Below, one piece after another: positions 26,311-33,890 of a DNA stretch of 45,441 bases. Source of the stretch: a virus; the IMG/VR virus record IMGVR_UViG_3300045988_038629, positions 1 through 45,441 of that record; one strand, 5' to 3'. A program made the position numbers and the translations under genes. Each line of letters begins with the position of its first letter. The stretch's first letter is position 1. The notes beneath the pieces were generated by a model that did not search any database, was not told the DNA's origin, and saw only the letters and a program-made list of their open reading frames with translations.

Positions 26311-26610
26311 TTATATTTCTCTTAGTTTTCTTAGAGTATCATAAAACATAGCCATTGCCTTGCGCTTGTATGCATAGAAATCGTCTCGCTTTGCCGGTAT
26401 GTACTTTGTCTTCATGATACGATCATAAGATTTGTTTGTTACAATAGATTCATACACCAGAAGTTCAATTCCAGGAGGGCAAGAGCTTATGCAGCAATGT
26501 AAAATATCGTGTCTCTGCTCTGGTGTAGCTTTCTGGCATATATCCTTTAAACGGTTAATGTCTTCTGGATATACGCCAAAATCAACAAGTGACTTTTGCC
26601 TGGTTCGCAT
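26311..26610 (-). CDS. Putative late-gene transcriptional activator (region-4-like HTH; RinA/ArpU-like by position)
   Basis: Last gene before the late motif and terS. The C-terminal LLVYESIVTNKSYDRIMKTKYIPAKRDDFYAYKRKAMAMF is HTH-like. Confidence 0.4.
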   Translation of the reverse strand: MRTRQKSLVDFGVYPEDINRLKDICQKATPEQRHDILHCCISSCPPGIELLVYESIVTNKSYDRIMKTKYIPAKRDDFYAYKRKAMAMFYDTLRKLREI

Positions 26611-26630
26611 ATCATCACTCCTTTTTATTT

Positions 26631-26726
26631 CTATTTACGCTTGCCGCCAAAATGTGCAACCAAGAAAATAGTGCCAAAAGACCCGAATGTTATTCCAAAT
26701 GTAAATGCTATTAAACTATCAATCAT
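26631..26726 (-). CDS. 31-aa hydrophobic peptide
   Basis: MIDSLIAFTFGITFGSFGTIFLVAHFGGKRK. Overlaps the upstream stop codon. Confidence 0.35.
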   Translation of the reverse strand: MIDSLIAFTFGITFGSFGTIFLVAHFGGKRK

Positions 26727-26997
26727 TTATATCACCTCTTTTCCAGTCAAGCCGCTGTCCGCACTTATCACAATAATAATTCGATTTATACAAATTTTTC
26801 TCTCCGCATATCGGACATGTTCCTCTGATACTGTAATATCTACCAGAAAAATCCCTGATAATTTTAGTATCTTTCGGCTTCATCGGAATCTGTTTTTTCA
26901 TTGCCTTAACAGCTACTTTCCTTACCTCGGATGTACATTTACCACCATAAGCCGTGCTATCATAACTTAATTCTTTTAATGCTTCTTCTGGTTTCAT
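26719..26997 (-). CDS. Hypothetical zinc-ribbon protein
   Basis: CPICG...CDKCG. ATG at 26995-26997 follows a GGAGCAGAGGA RBS. Confidence 0.55.
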   Translation of the reverse strand: MKPEEALKELSYDSTAYGGKCTSEVRKVAVKAMKKQIPMKPKDTKIIRDFSGRYYSIRGTCPICGEKNLYKSNYYCDKCGQRLDWKRGDIND

Positions 26998-26998
26998 A

Positions 26999-27172
26999 TT
27001 AATCCTCTGCTCCAAATATTTTCCTTAAATTGTGCTGATAATTTTTCACTGTTCGTTCAAGAGCGTTATAAGTTGGTCTTAATTTACATCTTTCTTTGTA
27101 ACCATCGCATCTTGTTCCGAAAAGAATAGAGTTTCTACATATTCCGTCTTGACTTGCATAACATTTATTCAT
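26999..27172 (-). CDS. Hypothetical Cys-rich 57-aa protein
   Basis: MNKCYASQDGICRNSILFGTRCDGYKERCK... Overlaps the neighbouring genes at both ends. Confidence 0.4.
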   Translation of the reverse strand: MNKCYASQDGICRNSILFGTRCDGYKERCKLRPTYNALERTVKNYQHNLRKIFGAED

Positions 27173-27383
27173 TCTTCATCACCTCCAACTTCTTCTCTAT
27201 TGGATTAATAATCTCTTCCAATACCTGTTGCTCATAATTTTCTTTCCAGATTTTTTCTCTTTTCCAAAATTGGATTTTCATAATCTCATTTATTAAATTA
27301 ATACACGCTATTGCTTCTAGCATTCCCCAACATCCATCACAGGCTTTTTCATTACACCAGTTTACAAATTCTTTAAATTTCAT
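27165..27383 (-). CDS. Hypothetical protein
   Basis: Start at MKFKEF after a GGAGGA RBS. Confidence 0.5.
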   Translation of the reverse strand: MKFKEFVNWCNEKACDGCWGMLEAIACINLINEIMKIQFWKREKIWKENYEQQVLEEIINPIEKKLEVMKNE

Positions 27384-27948
27384 TTTTGAGTTCCTCCAAC
27401 TTATCCTCAGCTTTCTTATGGGTAAGGAATACGGTTTTACCAATTTCGCTTATTGGAAAAGCTCCTGTTATTGAACCGGTATAGTTTTCGTAATAAAATA
27501 TAATTTCATCTTCTGTTCCTATATCTGGTTCTACATAGCTGTCACAATATCCATATGAAAATGCTTTTATTTCATACGATTCCGGATATCCAAAATCGTT
27601 ATCCCATACCATATCTCCGACCTTACAGGGTAATCTCACAAGTAAACCTTGTTCTTCTAAGTCTTTATAAGATTTCAGTTCTTCTAGCAGCTCTGCAACA
27701 TCTTTCAACCAATACAATCCTCCATCTTCAAAACAACATTCATAAGTATCTTGATAATACGGGCATCCAACCGCTTCCTTGTCGCTGATAGGATCTCTTA
27801 AATCCTTGCCAGTTCCACAGACAATGCGTTTATACTCATCATCCATATGTATGAAGTTTTCGTGGTCTGCATAGCAACCACCTCCTGTATCTTGACTGGC
27901 AACACATCTAAGTGCTTTTATCGTATCGTCAAGTGTTAATCTCTCCAT
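27373..27948 (-). CDS. Hypothetical Cys-rich protein (191 aa)
   Basis: Long ORF in an operon context. Confidence 0.6.
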   Translation of the reverse strand: MERLTLDDTIKALRCVASQDTGGGCYADHENFIHMDDEYKRIVCGTGKDLRDPISDKEAVGCPYYQDTYECCFEDGGLYWLKDVAELLEELKSYKDLEEQGLLVRLPCKVGDMVWDNDFGYPESYEIKAFSYGYCDSYVEPDIGTEDEIIFYYENYTGSITGAFPISEIGKTVFLTHKKAEDKLEELKNEI

Positions 27949-28117
27949 CTATTTCACCTCTCCTATATCTTTCTTTACATTCTTGACAAATAAAAATTTC
28001 TTTCGGATGCCTAAAGCAACTGTCATTAAGTATCGGATAATCAGGTTTATATTCTGTAATTACCCACTGTCCGCAAATATTGCACTTTTTCACGGTTTCG
28101 TTTATATTCATTGCCAT
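27929..28117 (-). CDS. Small zinc-ribbon protein
   Basis: CNICG...CQEC. Confidence 0.5.
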   Translation of the reverse strand: MAMNINETVKKCNICGQWVITEYKPDYPILNDSCFRHPKEIFICQECKERYRRGEIDGEINT

Positions 28118-28120
28118 GCA

Positions 28121-28417
28121 TCATTTTCCTCTCGTAATCTCATCAATACAACCATTCCAGCCTGCTTTTATGCTGTTCCAGTGATCTGTTTGAACTACTC
28201 CGGTCATTTTCTCCGGCAATGGCTTCAATGGACACCATTCGGGTCTTGATTTACTTTCAAAGCCGTAGTATTCTTCTGTTAGCAACGTCATGATTTTTCC
28301 TAAATGTTCAGCTAATTCACAATTCCCCTTATAGATATAAATATCGTAATATTCAGTTCCAAATGGACAGTTGTAACAGCTTTTTGGTGTATCAATCACT
28401 AATACTGATTTACTCAT
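28121..28417 (-). CDS. Hypothetical protein
   Basis: ORF tightly packed in the operon. Confidence 0.5.
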   Translation of the reverse strand: MSKSVLVIDTPKSCYNCPFGTEYYDIYIYKGNCELAEHLGKIMTLLTEEYYGFESKSRPEWCPLKPLPEKMTGVVQTDHWNSIKAGWNGCIDEITRGK

Positions 28418-29151
28418 TCCGGCACCTCCATTCCTAAATCAAATAATGTTAATTGTGATTTGAACTCGTTCAACCGTTTTTGAGCTGAATCGTAATAATC
28501 TTCATTAATTTCATACCCGACATATTCAAGCCCACATTCTTCATAGGCAATCAATGAACTTCCGCTCCCCACATGGGTATCAAGAATCTTCATTCCTTTC
28601 TGCAGATATTTCTGACATATCCAACGATATAAATTTACAGGCTTTTGGGTTGGGTGGATTCGCTTTTCGTTCAGCCTTTTGTTGCCCTGCTGTATTGTTC
28701 CTTCAATTATTGATTTTCCTTGAAACATTCCTCTCCACATATAGCGGAAAATGTCAACCCTTCTTGTAAGACTGCAGTAAGCAACTTCTGCGTCTGATTG
28801 ATCTGAACCATCATTGCATTTATCCCAGATTATCAAGCCACCTGCCATTGGGTAATCAAAGTAATTACATCCCCAGATAATCTGATTTTTTGATACTCTG
28901 AATAGCTGTTTAAAATACTCTCGATCTGGCGGTTTATTATCCCAACCATAATTCTTATAGCCGCAATCAGGAACATAAATGGAACTTCCATTTTTCTGCT
29001 TTACATATTTACTGCGATTCTTACCGCCATGTTCTTTGATTCCGTATGGTGGGTCTACAACTGCCACATCGAAGTAATTATCTGGAAAGTCCGGGAGAAA
29101 ATTCATGCAGTCACCGCAAATAAATTCTCTTTGCATCAGTGTTCCTCTCAT
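28414..29151 (-). CDS. Orphan DNA methyltransferase (N6-adenine/N4-cytosine, DPPY type)
   Basis: VVDPPYG motif, followed by HPTQKPVNLY and DTHVGSGSS (AdoMet site). No cognate endonuclease is present. Confidence 0.85.
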   Translation of the reverse strand: MRGTLMQREFICGDCMNFLPDFPDNYFDVAVVDPPYGIKEHGGKNRSKYVKQKNGSSIYVPDCGYKNYGWDNKPPDREYFKQLFRVSKNQIIWGCNYFDYPMAGGLIIWDKCNDGSDQSDAEVAYCSLTRRVDIFRYMWRGMFQGKSIIEGTIQQGNKRLNEKRIHPTQKPVNLYRWICQKYLQKGMKILDTHVGSGSSLIAYEECGLEYVGYEINEDYYDSAQKRLNEFKSQLTLFDLGMEVPE

Positions 29152-29399
29152 TCAACTCCACCGCCCTTCACGATCTCGATTGCATCTTTCAGCATTATAA
29201 TTTCATATGCTTTAGACCATCCTACTGGTCTTGCCAACGCGCTTCTATTTTCCAACTGCTCCACAACCTTGTCCACATCAAAAGCTGTCGGCTGTTCGTC
29301 AATAGCTTCACACATAATTTCCGGGCTAAATGTTTCTCTCCCTGTGTTCAAAGAACTATTAATTGCTTCTTTCAGTTTATCTGCATTAATCAACCTCAT
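29148..29399 (-). CDS. Hypothetical protein
   Basis: Start at MRLINADKL. The upstream part of the track ORF overlaps a better small ORF. Confidence 0.45.
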   Translation of the reverse strand: MRLINADKLKEAINSSLNTGRETFSPEIMCEAIDEQPTAFDVDKVVEQLENRSALARPVGWSKAYEIIMLKDAIEIVKGGGVE

Positions 29400-29529
29400 A
29401 ATCTTCACACTCCTCCGCATATTCATAACCGTCCATATCATCACATCTGCACTGGCAGGAATCCTGCTTAGTACAGCAGATGCAGCACTGTGTTTCACCG
29501 TCCGGGCAGTCTAATTTACAATATCCCAT
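29386..29529 (-). CDS. Cys-rich acidic 47-aa protein
   Basis: MGYCKLDCPDGETQCCICCTKQDSCQCRCDDMDGYEYAEECEDYEVD. AAGGAGGA RBS. Confidence 0.45.
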   Translation of the reverse strand: MGYCKLDCPDGETQCCICCTKQDSCQCRCDDMDGYEYAEECEDYEVD

Positions 29530-29907
29530 TCAGTCCTCCTTATATAGCTCTGGAAGTGGCATCCACGCAACACATTTTAACAACTTTATATATTCTTTCG
29601 CCCCTTCAAAAAAATCTATAATATGCCAGCCATCAGCCGTTGCATGCTCATCATCTGGTCTATTCACGAACTCCGCAACCCTTGGAATTAATTGATATTC
29701 TGTATCTGATTCTCTGAATACTGCAAGGCACCAGTCACGTTTATCCGGCATTTTTTCAGATACCGGAATCCAGTTGGTGGCTCTTAAACGTTCAATAACT
29801 TTCTTCTGCTCCTCTTCTGCCTCACAATGTATTGTAATGTCATAGGTATCATCGTATGCACTAAATGTGCCGTCTTCGTTCTGTGCAAATGTCATTTCGT
29901 CGCTCAT
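29530..29907 (-). CDS. DUF551-like protein
   Basis: WIPVSEKMPDKRDWCLAV motif. Confidence 0.55.
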   Translation of the reverse strand: MSDEMTFAQNEDGTFSAYDDTYDITIHCEAEEEQKKVIERLRATNWIPVSEKMPDKRDWCLAVFRESDTEYQLIPRVAEFVNRPDDEHATADGWHIIDFFEGAKEYIKLLKCVAWMPLPELYKED

Positions 29908-30251
29908 ACTTCCACCTCGCTATCCTCTGGAATCTGAAAGACCATATTCTTTTTAAAACTTTTTACAAGTTCTTCGAAACCATTGACGCGAATATCGTTT
30001 GATTCTACAATTGTTCGCTGTCCTGTAAATCCTGTCAAAAAAGTACAATTAATTTTATATTCTTCATAGGCTTCCTGAATCATATCCAGTACCTTCATGG
30101 CTTTTGTTTCCGTTTCGTAATGTCCAAGAATTATATAGTCGCTATCTTCAATACCAGATATACCAAAGCAGATAACTTCGCTGTCCATTACATAGAAGAT
30201 GATATTGTTAGTGCTTACAAGATACTTTTTGTTCTGACTTCTGATTAACAT
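29904..30251 (-). CDS. Hypothetical protein
   Basis: ORF packed in the operon. Confidence 0.5.
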   Translation of the reverse strand: MLIRSQNKKYLVSTNNIIFYVMDSEVICFGISGIEDSDYIILGHYETETKAMKVLDMIQEAYEEYKINCTFLTGFTGQRTIVESNDIRVNGFEELVKSFKKNMVFQIPEDSEVEV

Positions 30252-30442
30252 TTTGCGTCCTCCTTATCACTTACTCTTCGATTCCACTGTTCTACGGCTT
30301 CTTCCTCTGTTTTTCTCCAACGCTCAACCATTCTATCGCATTCTGTACAAGCTGCAAGATATTCTTTTCTCGAATCCTCATATTCATTAATCAGCATTTC
30401 TGCCTTTCCTCCGCAAAACGGACAAAGTTTTAATTTATCCAT
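30245..30442 (-). CDS. lar: Lar-family restriction-alleviation protein
   Basis: LKLCPFCGGKAE...CTECD...EEAVEQWNRR matches the Lar family pattern. Confidence 0.65.
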   Translation of the reverse strand: MDKLKLCPFCGGKAEMLINEYEDSRKEYLAACTECDRMVERWRKTEEEAVEQWNRRVSDKEDAKC

Positions 30443-30505
30443 TTTTCATCCTCACTTTCGCCCATGTAAGCAACTGGCACGCTATTGTGCGGTTGGTACA
30501 TGATT

Positions 30506-31396
30506 TTAATACTCAATAAAATCAGATAATTCCATCTGACCAACTATATTATTGTCTTGCATCCACCATAGATATACTTCTTCGCCACAACTCCACTTCA
30601 CATCTTTTCCGCGCCGCTTGCGTTCCTCGATCATTCTGTCAAAAGCACGTATATAGGCTTGCTTGTACTTTGGAAAATCGTACATTTCCTTTTCCCTCTG
30701 TTTCTTTGATGCAAGTGGACAACCTAGACAGCCTAACCTGTTATATCCGCATTGATACAGTTCGCATACTTGAATGTTTTTCTCGCCAATGAACTGCCAG
30801 ATATTCTGATCTGTCCAGTCAATTATTGGATTGACTACTGTTTTAGATTTCATCTGGCAATTTTCAAACAACCTTCGAGTATCACAATTATCGGTGATAA
30901 GCATTTTTTCGTCAGAAACGCCAATACTTTTACTTGCTGTCTGCCCTAATACTTCAAATGGGCTTCTATTACTTCTCTTGCTACTTTCAGACCATCTAAC
31001 GCCTGTTGCAATCATTCTGTTAGGATTCCCACCTTCTTTCAATTCTGAACAGCAATACCGAACAATTCTGGTAGGTGGCATTAGTTTTCTTGGAATAAGA
31101 TTCCACATTGTAAGACGGTTTCCGTTTTCCTGCACATGATAATCAATCTCGCATTTGATGCCTTTGTCCGTCAATTCAGAAAACGTATTCTTGATATGCC
31201 TTACTGTCTGCGGTGCATCAACAGTGGTATGTGAGTTATGTACTTCAAACGGGATTCCAGACATTCTGAATAGTTCAAGAAGCACATCTGAATCCTTTCC
31301 GCCGGAATACTCACATACAAGTGGTTTGTTATAATGTTTCAACGAGAGATCAGACGCAAGCTGGATTCTTTCAATTGCTTTTTGTTCTAAATCCAT
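30506..31396 (-). CDS. PAPS reductase/adenine-nucleotide alpha-hydrolase family protein
   Basis: SGGKDS PP-loop. Conserved Cys pairs in the C-terminal half. Confidence 0.75.
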   Translation of the reverse strand: MDLEQKAIERIQLASDLSLKHYNKPLVCEYSGGKDSDVLLELFRMSGIPFEVHNSHTTVDAPQTVRHIKNTFSELTDKGIKCEIDYHVQENGNRLTMWNLIPRKLMPPTRIVRYCCSELKEGGNPNRMIATGVRWSESSKRSNRSPFEVLGQTASKSIGVSDEKMLITDNCDTRRLFENCQMKSKTVVNPIIDWTDQNIWQFIGEKNIQVCELYQCGYNRLGCLGCPLASKKQREKEMYDFPKYKQAYIRAFDRMIEERKRRGKDVKWSCGEEVYLWWMQDNNIVGQMELSDFIEY

Positions 31397-31429
31397 AATA
31401 TTTACACTCCAAATCTTCTGACCAATTCT

Positions 31430-31690
31430 TTATGCATCAGTTTTCACCTTTGAATAACTCAATCTATACGCCCTCTGCTCTGTCGGATCTTCACTAACAA
31501 GCAATCCATTGTCTAAGAGCAAATTAAAGTGTTTTCTGGCAGTAGCCATTGAAATGTCTAATCCATCTGCAATATTTCTTGTAGACGGCATGTAGTGGTG
31601 TTTACGGTAATATTTCAAGATAAAATGATATACTGCTTTATACATCTCCTGTCCCTCTTTGTGTTTGCGCTCTGTATTGTATTTTCCCAT
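31430..31690 (-). CDS. Stand-alone LexA-type winged-helix DNA-binding domain protein
   Basis: VYHFILKYYRKHHYMPSTRNIADGLDISMATARKHFNLLLDNGLL follows the LexA N-terminal domain pattern. No S24 peptidase part. Confidence 0.55.
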   Translation of the reverse strand: MGKYNTERKHKEGQEMYKAVYHFILKYYRKHHYMPSTRNIADGLDISMATARKHFNLLLDNGLLVSEDPTEQRAYRLSYSKVKTDA

Positions 31691-31711
31691 CAATAACACC
31701 TCACGTAATCG

Positions 31712-31933
31712 TTAATGCGGAATCTCAAAGATTGTAAATGTATCAAGTGTCATTTCTTTGATCTTCTGCGCAGCTTTATCCAGGTTTTTACTGGCTAAAG
31801 AGGTATGTACTCCTGTAATGCCCCGGAATTTTATTTCCCTCTCCAGCGCTTCTACGCCACCATCTCTAACAATTCTGAGCGCCAGGTCAAGGCCATCCTC
31901 TCTCCCTCGCTCATACTCCTTCATTTTGTTCAT
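31712..31933 (-). CDS. Hypothetical protein
   Basis: ORF in an operon context. Confidence 0.45.
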   Translation of the reverse strand: MNKMKEYERGREDGLDLALRIVRDGGVEALEREIKFRGITGVHTSLASKNLDKAAQKIKEMTLDTFTIFEIPH

Positions 31934-32180
31934 TGGTTTTCTCCTTGTTCAGATTTTTAGCTTTCTTATGCATCTTGTCCAGATAATCCGCATAGGCTGT
32001 AAGCATGTGATCCACAAAGCCGTTTTTATTATATTTGTCTGATACAACGTGTATCTGCTCAATTACCTGCTGCCAGTATTCATCCTTTGCCTCAATTCCG
32101 GCAGTCTGGAGGACCAGTGCCGGAAAATCAATCTGTAAAAACTTTATGGTGTTCGGTATCTGCTCGTGCGTCACTCTCAT
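31911..32180 (-). CDS. Hypothetical protein
   Basis: ORF in an operon context. Confidence 0.45.
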   Translation of the reverse strand: MRVTHEQIPNTIKFLQIDFPALVLQTAGIEAKDEYWQQVIEQIHVVSDKYNKNGFVDHMLTAYADYLDKMHKKAKNLNKEKTNEQNEGV

Positions 32181-32182
32181 AC

Positions 32183-33583
32183 TTATACACCTTCTTCTAC
32201 CTCAAAACTCTGTTCAAGAAGTCGCTCGTTATCCTTGCTAAACGCCTTTATATAGCTCTGTTTTATCGGTCTGATAAAATGTATGCCGTTAGCTGATTTA
32301 GCCCGGGAAACAGCCACATAGAACTGTCCAGGATCCCAACAGCAAGGGTCAATGTTGATTTTTTCAAATGTCTGTCCCTGTGATTTATGAATACTGATTG
32401 CCCAGGCAAGTTTTACCGGGAACTGAGAGAAAGAGCCTACTTTCTTGCGGACAATCTTCTCTTTTACGATTTTCTGACCGTCTTTTTTCTGTTCAGATTC
32501 TTCAATAACCTGTTTCTCAATGTCTTTACTGTATCTGTATAAGCTAACTGTTTTGCCCTTATCAGTCTTGATAACCAGATAAGATTCTTCAAATTCTCCG
32601 TTTTCCACAATTTTCTGAATGATGCCAATCGTTCCATTAACGTAGTTTCCAGACAGATCATTGACTGTAATCATCACTTTTGCACCGATGTTAAGAATTA
32701 AGTCCTCTTTGGCAAATGCAATGTTCTTAATATCAGCAGATGTTAGTTCGCCGTCAACTGCTGCATGAAACACTTTTTCGGTCTTTTTATCCAGCTTTTC
32801 GAGGAAAGTATTATTAATCCGATCAGCTTCAGCATTTGTTCCAACCAGGAACGGTGCTTCCGGTATAACCTTATCTGATTCGTTGTTCTCCAGATATGCA
32901 ATGGATTTTCTAATATTGTCGCCATATTTAATATCATTCAGCACATACTTAAATCCCTCATCATTCTGCCTGCATACCTCATCAAGTTTGATATATTCAA
33001 ATCCCATTTCTTTCCAGTATTCAGACATGAAAGCATATCCGTGTTCGTACTTTCCGCCCTTTCCATAATCAGATCCATACATCCGGCAGAGGATTTTACG
33101 ATCATCTGTCGTAATTACTGGGGGAAGCTGATAGAAGTCACCAATTACGATAAGTTGTACATCTTCCTTATCGCTGTCTTCTAATAATCTTTCAACGGCT
33201 CTCTCTTCGTTTTCCGTGATAATTGTCTTTGCAATCATGTTGAACAGGTCAAACCGGCACATACTGATTTCATCAATGATGAGAATATCTGCTTCTTTCA
33301 GAAGTTCAGCTCTGGATTTTACTTTTTTCTTATAGTCCTCAAACTTAATTGAGATATTCAGTGCTCGATGTACAGTAGTTGCCCCATATCCGATATTGTC
33401 TGCTGCTATTCCGGTAGTGGCAGATACCAGAATACTTTTGCCGGCTTTCTCTGCTTCGTCGATGAAAGTCTGAATAACAGTAGTCTTGCCCGTTCCGGCA
33501 TCACCTGTCAGAAAAACATTACTGCCAGACAGCATTGTATCTAATGCATATCTTTGCTTTTTATTGAGATCGTCTTTTTTCAT
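32183..33583 (-). CDS. Pif1/RecD-like SF1 DNA helicase
   Basis: Walker A GDAGTGKT, DEISM (Walker B), and a C-terminal SIHKSQG motif. Start at MKKDDL. Confidence 0.8.
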   Translation of the reverse strand: MKKDDLNKKQRYALDTMLSGSNVFLTGDAGTGKTTVIQTFIDEAEKAGKSILVSATTGIAADNIGYGATTVHRALNISIKFEDYKKKVKSRAELLKEADILIIDEISMCRFDLFNMIAKTIITENEERAVERLLEDSDKEDVQLIVIGDFYQLPPVITTDDRKILCRMYGSDYGKGGKYEHGYAFMSEYWKEMGFEYIKLDEVCRQNDEGFKYVLNDIKYGDNIRKSIAYLENNESDKVIPEAPFLVGTNAEADRINNTFLEKLDKKTEKVFHAAVDGELTSADIKNIAFAKEDLILNIGAKVMITVNDLSGNYVNGTIGIIQKIVENGEFEESYLVIKTDKGKTVSLYRYSKDIEKQVIEESEQKKDGQKIVKEKIVRKKVGSFSQFPVKLAWAISIHKSQGQTFEKINIDPCCWDPGQFYVAVSRAKSANGIHFIRPIKQSYIKAFSKDNERLLEQSFEVEEGV

Positions 33584-33682
33584 TTTGTAACCACTCCTTG
33601 TAATAATTATGTCAACTGAATATTTTTGCAATATTCAATTAATTTTGTTATAATAAATCTAATTGTATATACTTTTTAATTT

Positions 33683-33888
33683 TGTAACCCGTGTGTAACC
33701 GGCTTTTTTAATCCACTGGTTACGCCACAAACCCTTATTTTATGCGGGCTTCAGAGGTGTGTAACCGTGTAACCAATGTAACCAAGGTTTTTATATAGGA
33801 GAATCACCAGAGTGTATGGTTTTTATACACTCTCAAACTTTCTCCTATAGGACGTTTTTTTTCGTGTTACAACGGTTACATGGTTACA
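33683..33888. repeat. Iteron cluster (candidate replication origin): TGTAACC x5 direct, GGTTACA x2-3 inverted, plus nested palindromes
   Basis: TGTAACC at 33683, 33694, 33760, 33768 and 33777. GGTTAC at 33718. GGTTACA at 33874 and 33882. Palindromes ATAGGAGAA...TTCTCCTAT and AGAGTGTAT/ATACACTCT lie within 33795-33848. Confidence 0.55.
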
Positions 33889-33890
33889 AA

